A stretch of DNA of 64,000 nt from an uncultured Gemmatimonadales bacterium (GTDB lineage Bacteria > Gemmatimonadota > Gemmatimonadetes > Longimicrobiales > RSA9): contig CAWCUS010000001.1 in the NCBI GenBank assembly GCA_963798845.1, positions 824,929-888,928 of the forward strand, in the 5' to 3' direction. Positions 56,146 to 64,000 of this stretch are shown here, piece after piece. How positions within the stretch are numbered: the stretch's first letter is position 1; every line of letters starts with the position of its first letter. The notes below the pieces were generated by a model. That model saw nothing but the letters and a program-made list of their open reading frames with translations. It was not told the DNA's origin and ran no database searches. The translations under genes were made by a program, and so were the position numbers.

Positions 56146-56638
56146 GGTCTGGCTCCTGTCAGGATCGGGGGTATGGTCGCGCTGGTTGCACGCTCCTCGA
56201 TAATAGGACCCGGGGAAAGGTGGGGCGAGAACTCGCCCACCGAAGCCGTTCAGGCCGTCCGCGTCTCCGGCGGCACGATCTCCGTCCCCTGCCGCAGGCG
56301 ACGCCGCCCTGGCGCGGGATCGCTCCACCCGCCGCCGAGCTCGCCCGGGCCGGCGGCGGCGGGCGACGGCGTCGCATGGGGGCGCTCGGCCACGGCCAGC
56401 CACAGGCTCCGGCCGGGCTCCGCGGTGAGGTCGTACGTGCGGCCGATCAATCCTCCCCGCTCGGCGTTTTGCCCTTCGGCTGACGGACGCACTCGGACGA
56501 ATAACCGCGTTCCCGGAAGCGGGTCGAGCCCTCGCCGGCCCGTTCAGGGCTGTTCCGCTTCATCCGTTCTCCCACGATCTGGTATACAGAGCAGCTCCTC
56601 GAACAGCTCATCTTTCATCCGAACTCCAGTGCGTCCGT

Positions 56639-56923
56639 TCATGACCGGGTCTCCTGTTCCATCCACGCCGGCCGCGCGATCCCATACAGAACGTCGGGAT
56701 CGATGTCGGCACCATTAGGCCACACGATGGTTCCCAGCTCCCGGTCCACCTCCACCGCTTCGAAGAAGCCGCGATCCTTCCGTACGCGCTCAAAGATCGG
56801 TCCCCGCAGGAACGGCTCGACGTCGATCACCTTCTCCGTCCCGTCGCTGAACCCGACGCGGAGCCGGTATCCCTCGCCCGGTGTCACTCTATCGACGCGT
56901 ACCATCAGCACACTCCGTCTCAT
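56639..56923 (-). CDS. DUF2442 family protein (putative antitoxin)
   Basis: YRLRVGFSDG, GPIFE and GTIVWPNGADIDPDVLY. Confidence 0.9.
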   Translation of the reverse strand: MRRSVLMVRVDRVTPGEGYRLRVGFSDGTEKVIDVEPFLRGPIFERVRKDRGFFEAVEVDRELGTIVWPNGADIDPDVLYGIARPAWMEQETRS

Positions 56924-57096
56924 TCGAGCCCCGCGATCCGCTCGAGGGGCTCACCGTGTCGTGCCGCCTCCCAGTTGTTCCGCAGCTCCAGCACCGTGGC
57001 CTCGTGCTCCCCGTACTTCGCGTGGAAGTGCGGCGGCGCATGATCATTGTAATACATCGCAATGGTGATTCCGAAGAACTCGCTGATTCTCGGCAC
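56920..57096 (-). pseudogene. DUF4160 family protein (putative toxin), middle segment deleted
   Basis: MPRISEFFGITIAMYYNDHAPPHFHAKY joined directly to ELRNNWEAAR; only 58 aa. Confidence 0.75.
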
Positions 57097-57226
57097 GACA
57101 CGCCCCTGGCTCGGTTCCAGGGCCACGCTGTCCTTGGGATCGGGGCAGATCCATGGCAGAATCAGACGAGCTCATGGTCACTCCCCCGCCCTCTTCGCCT
57201 TCGCGATCCGCACCAGTGCCCTCGCC

Positions 57227-57406
57227 TGTGGTGCAGTTGCCAAGCCGAATCCAGATGACCTTGGGCGGTGGTCCGTGCAGAAAGCTTCGCTGGTGGAAGT
57301 CCGAGTCCTTGGAAACGATCGTGAAGCCGTGCGCGGATCCAGGGTACAGCTCAGCAAGCGAAGCGATCAGCCTCGGGGAGAGGTTCTGATCGAGGAGGAG
57401 CTTCAC
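57227..57406 (-). pseudogene. DUF5615 PIN-like toxin, internally deleted and truncated
   Basis: MKLLLDQNLS...GSAH joined directly to GFTIVSKDSDF (the acidic D-containing helix is missing); homology ends at GNCTT. Confidence 0.8.
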
Positions 57407-57633
57407 GCCGCAGGAGGATCGGACGCCAGTTTACGCTCGCGGTCGGCGGCGAAGGCGAGGCATGCCCGGATATCGTCACTGGTGAGGTCCGGAAAGTCCG
57501 AAAGGATCTCCCCCTCGGTCATACCGCCCGCCAAGTAGTCGAGGACGTCGTAAACGGTGATCCGCATTCCGCGGATACAGGGTTTGCCGCCCCTCTTACC
57601 GGGCTCAATGGTGATGATATCGCGGTAGTCCAT
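57403..57633 (-). CDS. DUF433 antitoxin
   Basis: GKRGGKPCIRGMRITVYDVL...ILSDFPDLTSDDIRACLAFAA; alternative start 57687 with AGGAGG. Confidence 0.92.
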   Translation of the reverse strand: MDYRDIITIEPGKRGGKPCIRGMRITVYDVLDYLAGGMTEGEILSDFPDLTSDDIRACLAFAADRERKLASDPPAA

Positions 57634-57767
57634 ACCTGACGCTAAGCCGTCCGATCCCCCGGGACAAGCTTTCGTCCCTGGTGCCATCTCGACCTCCTGA
57701 TTGCAGGTTTCCGCTCAATCTCCTCAGAAGATACGCGCTGGGCCGGAAGCTTCCATGGCGTAGGCGG

Positions 57768-58817
57768 TCACGGCAGCACCTCCTGCCACTCCGCCGTCAG
57801 CGGCTGCAGCACCTTCCCCCTCACCCACACCTGCCCGCCCGCCCGCGCCACCTGGTCGTAGGCCCAGCGCGTGATCCTGAGCGACGCCTCCCGGTCGTGC
57901 GCCACGCCGGCCGCCCTGAACCGTTTGGGCAGCTCGTACAGCTGATTGCGGTTGCGCTCGTCCCAGCGGCGCAGGTGATCGACGGCGGCCAGGCGGTCGC
58001 CCTTGCGGCCGTTACAGGTCGGGTGGGCGAGGACGAAGTTGTGGCCGAGGTCGAAGGGGTAGCGGCGCCAGGGGACGAAGTGGTCCACGGCGACGTCGCC
58101 CCTCATGCGCCCGTCGCAGTAGAAGCACCGGCCGTCCTGGATGTCGTCGAGTAGGTCCCGGTAGGTGGAGAGGTCCCGGCGGTCGCTGCCGAACAGGAAC
58201 CAGCGAAGCTCCGCCTCCGGTCCGAGCAGGTGCACGTTGGTGCGGCGGATGTACCCGGTCCACGCCCCCTGCACCATCTCCATGATCATCGAGTAGAAGC
58301 GCCGGAAGCACCAGGCGACGCCGGCCTTCAGCGTGATCGCCCGCGGGTTCTCCCGCTCCCGGTGCTCGTAGAGGAACTCGACCCGCTCGTCGCCGATGGT
58401 CTGGAGCTTCCAGAGCGGCATGCGACGGACCGTGTCCTCCACCGTCCGGAGCAGCCGCGGCCACGCCTCGCTCGCCTCGACGCGGCCCAGCCGGGCGTCG
58501 TACCGCGCCCGGGCTTCCCTCACCTCCCGCACCACCGCGGCCTGGCGCCCGGTGTTCTGCTTGAGCGGCTCCGTGCCGGCCGCGCCGGGAAACGGGGCGA
58601 CCTGGCGCCAGTACAGGCGGACGAACTGGTCGGCGAGGTCGCGCGTGGCGAGGGTGAGGGGGGCGCCGGAGTCGTCGCCCTGGAGCACGCACAGGTCGGC
58701 AATGGCGTGGAGCAGCGCGTACTTGTAGCTGGCGACGAAGCTGCCCTCGTCCAGCAGCCGCTGGAGCCGGGCCAGGAACTCGAGCTGCGCCTCCGCGCTG
58801 GGGACGGCCGGGATCAC
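57768..58817 (-). CDS. HNH endonuclease with large N-terminal domain
   Basis: SYKYALL N-terminal motif; CFYC...VDHFVPW...NFVLAHPTCNGRK. Confidence 0.9.
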   Translation of the reverse strand: MIPAVPSAEAQLEFLARLQRLLDEGSFVASYKYALLHAIADLCVLQGDDSGAPLTLATRDLADQFVRLYWRQVAPFPGAAGTEPLKQNTGRQAAVVREVREARARYDARLGRVEASEAWPRLLRTVEDTVRRMPLWKLQTIGDERVEFLYEHRERENPRAITLKAGVAWCFRRFYSMIMEMVQGAWTGYIRRTNVHLLGPEAELRWFLFGSDRRDLSTYRDLLDDIQDGRCFYCDGRMRGDVAVDHFVPWRRYPFDLGHNFVLAHPTCNGRKGDRLAAVDHLRRWDERNRNQLYELPKRFRAAGVAHDREASLRITRWAYDQVARAGGQVWVRGKVLQPLTAEWQEVLP

Positions 58818-59206
58818 CCGTCCCCCCAGTACCGCGCCCGCTCCGGGATCACCCAGCGGATCCCGCCCCGGGGGTCCGCCACGTCCCCCGCGTAGCGCGG
58901 GATCACGTGCACGTGCGCGTGCGTCACCGTCTGCCCCGCCGCCTCGCCGTCGTTCACTCCAATGTTGAACCCGTCCGGCCCATGCGACGCCGCCAGCGCC
59001 TCCCTCACCTCGCCCACCAGCGCCCACAGGTCCGCCCGCTCCTCCGGCGCGAGCTCGAAGAGGCTGGCGACGTGGCGGTGCGGGACGACCAGGGTGTGGC
59101 CGTCGGAGACGGGCCAGGCGTCGCGGAGGGCGCGGCCGTGGGCGGAGGCGTGCAGGACGCGGGAGGCGGGCAGGCCGCAGAACGGGCACTCGGTCGGATG
59201 GCTCAT
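58814..59206 (-). CDS. HIT family nucleotide hydrolase
   Basis: CPFC, GHTLVVPHRH and AGQTVTHAHVHVIPR. Confidence 0.95.
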   Translation of the reverse strand: MSHPTECPFCGLPASRVLHASAHGRALRDAWPVSDGHTLVVPHRHVASLFELAPEERADLWALVGEVREALAASHGPDGFNIGVNDGEAAGQTVTHAHVHVIPRYAGDVADPRGGIRWVIPERARYWGDG

Positions 59207-59263
59207 GATGTCCCGACCCACCATGGCGGTGCCCCACCCCGCGCGCAACGCTCGGTCGACAGG

Positions 59264-59292
59264 TTGCGCATATACAAAGTCCAGTATAGGCT
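59264..59292 (+). promoter_or_regulatory. TA promoter with palindromic operator
   Basis: TTGCGC-17-TAGGCT overlapping TATAC-N8-GTATA. Confidence 0.6.
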
Positions 59293-59295
59293 CGG

Positions 59296-59340
59296 ATGAC
59301 GGACGGCCGTGCTTGCGAAGCTAGAGGTTCCAATGCCTGA
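59296..59340 (+). pseudogene. 14-codon vestige at the HigB-toxin position
   Basis: ATG right after the promoter; its stop overlaps the antitoxin start (ATGCCTGA); the toxin body is absent. Confidence 0.5.
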
Positions 59341-59632
59341 GTTCACGTACTCGAGCGGGAACGTCTTCGAGGATCTCGGCTTCTCGAAGGAAGAAGCGGA
59401 GAACCTGAAGGTGCGGTCCGTGCTCATGGCGGGCATCCGGCGGATCATCGAGGCGGAAGGCATCACGCAGAAGGAAGCCGCGGAGCGATTCGGCGTCACT
59501 CAGCCGCGGATCAGCGACCTGGTCCGCGGCAAGATCGAGCTGTTCAGCATCGACGCGTTGATCAACATGCTCGCCGCGGCCGGGCACCATGTGGAGATCT
59601 CGGTGAGCGGCGGCAGCGATCGGGCGGCCTGA
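59333..59632 (+). CDS. XRE/HigA-like antitoxin
   Basis: SSGNVFEDLGF and TQKEAAERFGVTQPRISDLVRGK. Confidence 0.92.
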   Translation: MPEFTYSSGNVFEDLGFSKEEAENLKVRSVLMAGIRRIIEAEGITQKEAAERFGVTQPRISDLVRGKIELFSIDALINMLAAAGHHVEISVSGGSDRAA

Positions 59633-59731
59633 CGGGTCGGCCATGGTGCACCCAATTTCCACCGGCAGGAGCCTTGGCCGGACCTTTGCCCCCGGTGTAT
59701 CTTCGGGACCTGGTACACCTGGGAGGCACCA

Positions 59732-60270
59732 CTGAACACCACCTATCTCGCCCGCGGCCTCTACTCAGTCCCGGCCGCCGCCCGGCTCATCGGCACGAAG
59801 CCCGACACGATCCGACGCTGGGCGTTCGGCTACGGGCGCGGTGGCCGTTGGCACGACCCGGCGATTCATACCGACCTCGATGAGCTGGGCGGTGAGCCGG
59901 TCCTGACCTTCCTGGACCTGGTCGAGTTGCTGTTCATCCATGGGCTGCGGGCATCGGGGCACTGGGATCTACGCCCTGTTGGAGCGCGAGGACCGGGGCG
60001 ACCTGCTGGTTGAGCTCAAGGGAGCCGGTCAAATCGCGATGTGGCCCGCGTTGCACCGGTACCTCGAGCAGCTCGAGTTCGGCCTGGACGAGATTGCGAG
60101 CCGCTGGTATCCCGCTGGACGCGCCTCTCCCATTGTCGTCGATCCCCGAATTTCAACTTGGCAGGGGCGCAACCGACGAGCAGATCGTCACCTTCGCGGG
60201 CGAGTGGGACTATCGCATCGTCGGCCGCGACCGCGCGATGCTCAAGCGGTCGAGATCTCTGCGGCTGAAG
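59732..60270 (+). pseudogene. Degraded HTH-DUF433 antitoxin + PIN toxin pair (VapB45/VapC45-like)
   Basis: GLYSVPAAARL...IRRWAFG...TFLDLVE, frameshift, RWYP...IVVDPRIS, then ATDEQIVTFAGEWDYRIVGRD; start is CTG behind GGAGG. Confidence 0.65.
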
Positions 60271-60301
60271 GTAGGCTCGGGGTGTGACAGCGAGGTCCGG
60301 A

Positions 60302-60628
60302 TCAGGCCGTGCGCCGCTCCGAAGCCACGATTCGACCCAGTTCCCGGCGGCTCGCCCCCAGTGAGAGCAGCGAGCGGATCAGGAGGTCGACGGTCACGCT
60401 GGCATCCGCGGTTTCCATCCTGGAGACCCGGGACTGACTGGATCCGAGACGCCGCGCCAGCTCGGCCTGCGACAGCCCTGCGCGCTCACGTTCGCGCCGC
60501 AGGCTGTCACTCAACGCGAGCTTGAGGTCGACGTACGCGGCCTCTTCCGCGGATAGGTCCAGAAGCTCCGCCGCGGAGCCGACCGCCCAACCAGTCTCAC
60601 GCAATCTCTTCCTGGTGGCGTCTTTCAT
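60302..60628 (-). CDS. XRE/HigA-like antitoxin
   Basis: GWAVGSAAELLDL and LSQAELARRLGSSQSRVSRME; GGAGG RBS. Confidence 0.9.
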   Translation of the reverse strand: MKDATRKRLRETGWAVGSAAELLDLSAEEAAYVDLKLALSDSLRRERERAGLSQAELARRLGSSQSRVSRMETADASVTVDLLIRSLLSLGASRRELGRIVASERRTA

Positions 60629-60889
60629 GATCCTCCCACCGCTTCGTCGTAGCGCCGGAAGCGATGACTGCAGCGTTTCAGCACGCGATTCGGCGTCGTC
60701 GAAGCGGAGCTCGTGGCACCGCGGTCCGACGGAGCGCATCGGCCGCGAGTGCGGCATCGACAGTGTCTCCCCCCGCTGCAGGCGTCTCAGAAGCACCCCG
60801 GCGGCGATCCGGGCCGCTGAAGACAGGGGCGGCGACTTCACCTCCCCCTTCAGCCAGACCAGCGGCTTCTCCTCCACGCTTCGCTCCAC
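60625..60889 (-). pseudogene. RelE/HigB (gp49-like) toxin, internal deletion and frameshift
   Basis: KPLVWLKGEVKSPP...MPHSRPM...CHELR, the core strand region is missing, and the native end CSHRFRRYDEAVGGS* is in another frame. Confidence 0.8.
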
Positions 60890-60909
60890 AATATGTCAGA
60901 ACGGGCATG

Positions 60910-61278
60910 TCAGCACAAGCTGAAACAACGGAAGCGCCAAGCGTGGGGCAAACCAATGGCTGCTTGAGAGGACGAGAGGAAGTTCGAGAGGACCGTGGCG
61001 GAGGTGGTGAGGTCGGCGGCGGCCGGCAGTGGTCGCAGTCGAAGCGTACGCCTGCGGAACAGGAGAACTCCGCCGGTGGCGCGTTGCTGCCGGAAGACGA
61101 GCTCGCCGAAATCCCTGTCCGTGGTGACCAGGACGGCTTCCTGGCTCAGGGCATGGTCGAGTACCTGGTCGTCGGAGGCGAACGACAGGCCCCCAGCCAC
61201 GTATTCAACTGTGTGGCCGTCGGCCCGGAGCCGTTCGACCACCTGCCGCTCGACACCCTCGTCGCACAGGAGCTTCAA
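60910..61278 (-). pseudogene. DUF5615 PIN-like toxin lacking about 30 C-terminal core residues
   Basis: Aligns with paralog 62981-63337 up to GGVLLFR, then jumps to RTLRLR and runs into unrelated sequence. Confidence 0.75.
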
Positions 61279-61514
61279 GCAGCTTCGTCAGGAATGGGGT
61301 AGACGACGTCCGCCCGTAGCGCCTTGGCGGCGAAGCCCAGCGCGGCCTGGACCCCCTCCCGCGTCAGATTCGGGTGAGCGTCCAGTATCTGCTCGATGGT
61401 CTCGCCGGCAGCGAGCTTCTCGAGAATGCTCTCCACCGTGATGCGCGTGCCCGCGACGACGGGCTTCCCCTGCATCACCCGGGGATCGGAGTGGATCGCA
61501 CCATTCATGGCCAC
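61275..61514 (-). CDS. DUF433 antitoxin
   Basis: SDPRVMQGKPVVAGTRITVESILEKLAAG. Confidence 0.92.
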   Translation of the reverse strand: MAMNGAIHSDPRVMQGKPVVAGTRITVESILEKLAAGETIEQILDAHPNLTREGVQAALGFAAKALRADVVYPIPDEAA

Positions 61515-61529
61515 CTCGCGTTCCGGTTT

Positions 61530-61748
61530 TCACTCCCTGAACCGATTCTCGTTATGCCACACCAGCGCCTCCCGGCTCGGCCGCGCGGCCGCGTTGGACG
61601 TTGGGGTGCCGGTCGTCGGCTGCGGGATCAACAGCTCCCGGGGCCAGAAGAACGGCTCCACGAGCAGGATACAGCCCACGTCCACGTCCTCGCGCGCGGC
61701 GAGGAAGTCGAACCAGTCACGGTCGGTGATGGCGACGAAGGCGTTCAT
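61530..61748 (-). pseudogene. Collapsed remnant of an HNH restriction-type endonuclease
   Basis: N-terminal AITDRDWFDFL + internal GCILLVEPFFWP + C-terminal PSREALVWHN fused in 72 aa; family recalled from memory. Confidence 0.6.
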
Positions 61749-61826
61749 GGCTCATTCCGCCATTGAACTGCCCGGTCGGCGAAGGCTACCTTTCGTTCGG
61801 ACACCCACGCGATCGTAGGAGAGACC

Positions 61827-62045
61827 ATGTCCGTGGAAGAGTTGGAACGAGAGGCGTTGAAGCTGTCCGCCGACGAGCGCGAGCGCCTCGCCCTGTCGAT
61901 CCTCTCGAGCTTGCAGGGGGAGCTGGAATACGAGGCGGAGTGGGCCGAAGAGGCGAAACGACGGGCGATGGAGATCCGGGAGGGGCGAGTGGAAACCATT
62001 CCGGCCGACCAGGTTTTCCGGGAGGCGCTGGACCGACTCAAGTGA
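61827..62045 (+). CDS. Addiction module antitoxin component
   Basis: EALKLSADERERLA...AEWAEEAKRR...IPADQVF; AGGAG RBS. Confidence 0.88.
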   Translation: MSVEELEREALKLSADERERLALSILSSLQGELEYEAEWAEEAKRRAMEIREGRVETIPADQVFREALDRLK

Positions 62046-62310
62046 GCCGGCCGCGCTTCCATCCCGGCGCGGAGCGGGAGTTCAACGACTCCGGTTGCTT
62101 CGCCACTTCCCCGAGATGGGCCGCGATCTCGGGGATTCGATCCGGCGTTTCCCTGTCCGCGCCTTCCCGTATCACCTGATCTACCTCCCTGACGCAGGCG
62201 ATGTCTATATCGTGGCGTTCGCCCACGAGCGGCAGCGCCCCGGCTACTGGCGCAGCCGGATGACCGTTCACGAGCGCCCGGCCAGCAGGGCCTCTTTGGG
62301 CCCGAAGTAA
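62042..62310 (+). pseudogene. RelE/ParE toxin, internal deletion and frameshift near 62092
   Basis: RFHPGAEREFNDS joined out of frame to LLRHFPEMG...FPYHLIY...VAFAHERQRPGYW. Confidence 0.82.
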
Positions 62311-62414
62311 TAGCCCTGGTCCAACTCGACTCCCTATTCGACCGGTCTGGCGACAGGAACGCGTCCGCGTCAGTGCCCTGAGGCCCAGAGGCTGCAGGCG
62401 CCGCGGATCGAGTC

Positions 62415-62628
62415 CTATCCTAAGGCCTTTCTGGTCTCGGTCACGATCCAGTCGAGAAGAGCAAGAAACTCCTCTTTCTTGTTTGCGATCAAGCTGATCT
62501 TGGTGCGCGGAAACCTGGGATCCGGCGGAAATGGCTGGCCTGTTACATTAGAGACTCGCTGGATGAGTTCTGCTTTCCGCTCAGGATCATCGAAAGGCGG
62601 GCTCTTGATATAAGGGCGCTCGAGACCC
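62415..62628 (-). pseudogene. Lower-GC C-terminal gene fragment of unknown family
   Basis: Startless frame KSPPFDDPERKAELIQRV...EFLALLDWIVTETRKALG*. Confidence 0.5.
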
Positions 62629-62634
62629 AGGGGG

Positions 62635-62979
62635 TCACCTCACCGCCTCCCCCTCCTCCGCGAGCACTTCGTCCGCGTTCACCTCCCCCAGCCAGGCCAC
62701 ATAGAGGGACCGGTAGTCGGTCAGGTACAGGTGCGTCTCGACGCCGCCCTCGATCTGGGCCTCGATCGCGGCGATCCCGGCCCCGTGGGGCAGCTCCCCG
62801 TCCCGGTTCGGCGACCGGACCCTGGCCCACCAGACGTAGACGTCGTCGTCGGGCGAGGCCGCGTCGGCCGGGTCGCGGCCCCGCTCGGCCCAGCGGAGGA
62901 GGACGCGCAGGTGGGCGTCGAGGGCGCCTTCGGCGTAGGCAGGGTTCCAGACGGTGAGGAGGTGGCGGGGCCCGGCCAC
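62635..62979 (-). pseudogene. N-terminal part of an HP0729-like hypothetical protein
   Basis: HLLTVWNPAY...HLRVL...HLYLTDYRSLYVA; ends abruptly; family recalled from memory. Confidence 0.5.
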
Positions 62980-62980
62980 G

Positions 62981-63337
62981 TCAGGATCCAGCGCGGCGGA
63001 TCCGGAGGCGAGTCGCAGACACCACGGCGAACGCTCCGGCGAGCTCGTGACCGTGATCGCGCAGCACCGCCGACACGACGTCCGCTTTCCGATCATTCGA
63101 GATCCCGGCGAGGCGGAGGAGCATGATGCCACCGCTCGCTCGCTGCTGTCGAAACACCAGCTCGCCGAAATCCTTGTCGGTCGTGACCAGAACGGCAGAC
63201 TCCCGGGCGGCGCGAGCGAGAACCTGCTCGTCGGACGTCGAAGGCGCGTCTTCGGCTACGTACTCGACATCGTGTCCGTCCTGACGCAGCCGCTCCACCA
63301 CCTGCCGCTCAACGCCCTCGTCACAGAGTAGCTTCAA
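62981..63337 (-). CDS. DUF5615 PIN-like toxin, apparently intact
   Basis: MKLLCDEGV, SDEQVL, TTDKDFGEL and C-terminal GAFAVV...LRIRR. Confidence 0.9.
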   Translation of the reverse strand: MKLLCDEGVERQVVERLRQDGHDVEYVAEDAPSTSDEQVLARAARESAVLVTTDKDFGELVFRQQRASGGIMLLRLAGISNDRKADVVSAVLRDHGHELAGAFAVVSATRLRIRRAGS

Positions 63338-63567
63338 GCCGCTTCGTCAGGGATCGGGTACGTGACGTCCGCCTTCAGGGCCTGTGCCGCGAACGCCAGC
63401 GAGGCCTGCAGAGCCTCGCGCGTCAGCCTGGGATGAGCGTCCAGCAGGTCCTCCATCGATTCGCCCGCGGCCAGCTTCTCCAGAATGCTCTCGACCGTGA
63501 TCCGGGTGCCGGCCACGACCGGCTTGCCCTGCATGATCCGTGGGTCGGACTGGATGAGGTGTGACAC
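63334..63567 (-). CDS. DUF433 antitoxin
   Basis: SDPRIMQGKPVVAGTRITV; GGAGG before GTG at 63567. Confidence 0.92.
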   Translation of the reverse strand: MSHLIQSDPRIMQGKPVVAGTRITVESILEKLAAGESMEDLLDAHPRLTREALQASLAFAAQALKADVTYPIPDEAA

Positions 63568-63630
63568 TGATTCCTCCGGCTCGATCACCAACGTTGAAAG
63601 CGCGCTTCTCGATTCCTAAGGATACCGCCG

Positions 63631-64000
63631 TCAGGCCCGTGCTTCCATAGCGAACACAGCCACGCCCATGCCTGGGCCCGGCAGCTCCCGGGCGAGGCGC
63701 TGGGTGTCGGCCCGGAGGTCGGCGTCGCGCTCGGCCCAGAGGCGGTCGCCGGTGAGGAGGGCGCGGTCCGCGAACCAGCGGGCGCCGTCGTCGCGCGTGA
63801 CGATGAGCGGCAGCTCCACCATCCCGCCGTAGAGCGACACCGGCCGGTCGTGGTAGCGCGTGTTCCGCAGGCGACGCAGCTCCTCGATCACCCCCGGCGT
63901 GTCGTCGGCCACCAGCCGCCGCAGGTCCCAGAGGCGAGAACCGAAGGTCACCGTCAGGTGAACCAGAAGTCCGCCTCCATCCCCCGGTAGTACGACGGCG
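63631..64000 (-). pseudogene. Middle part of an HP0729-like protein, disrupted, runs off the window
   Basis: PSYYRGMEADFWF, then an insertion of about 23 nt containing stops, then RLWDLRRLV...SLYGGMVELPLIV. Confidence 0.5.

Noticed and set aside
60302..60889. Novel toxin-antitoxin fusion protein (195 aa)
   Set aside because: Better explained by a frameshifting deletion; the native toxin end and the antitoxin RBS/ATG are still present
55500..64000. Integron cassette array explaining the TA cluster
   Set aside because: No recurring RYYYAAC...GTTRRRY attC sites found by eye, mixed gene orientation and no integrase in the window; an IntegronFinder run would be decisive

Overview
High-GC bacterial chromosome segment. 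The 16S sequence style and the expanded kinase/PD40 family suggest Gemmatimonadota; this is my impression, not a database result. 1-38.7 kb is mostly housekeeping: S8 protease, a stand-alone 16S rRNA gene with its own promoter, processing stem and terminator, typA, a CDF/antiporter/otsB operon, dnaE-accA-ricT-metG, M23 peptidase, fadJ-like gene, DsbA/VKOR, alkaline phosphatase, gyrA, a CSLREA surface protein and a frameshifted type IA topoisomerase. 38.9-49.2 kb holds four Ser/Thr kinases and a PP2C phosphatase. metK follows, behind a candidate SAM-II/SAM-V-class riboswitch, then a NUDIX hydrolase and an S9 peptidase. 55.5-64 kb is a decaying defence/toxin-antitoxin island. In six TA modules the toxin has an internal deletion while the antitoxin stays intact, and an intact HIT+HNH gene pair sits among them. 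The most unusual non-coding signals are arrays of TCGAAT-anchored double-hairpin units flanking typA and a 21-bp hairpin tandem repeat before dnaE. Both show stem variation with conserved structure and GNA-loop/tandem-GA features typical of folded single-stranded DNA. All family calls come from motif recognition by eye.
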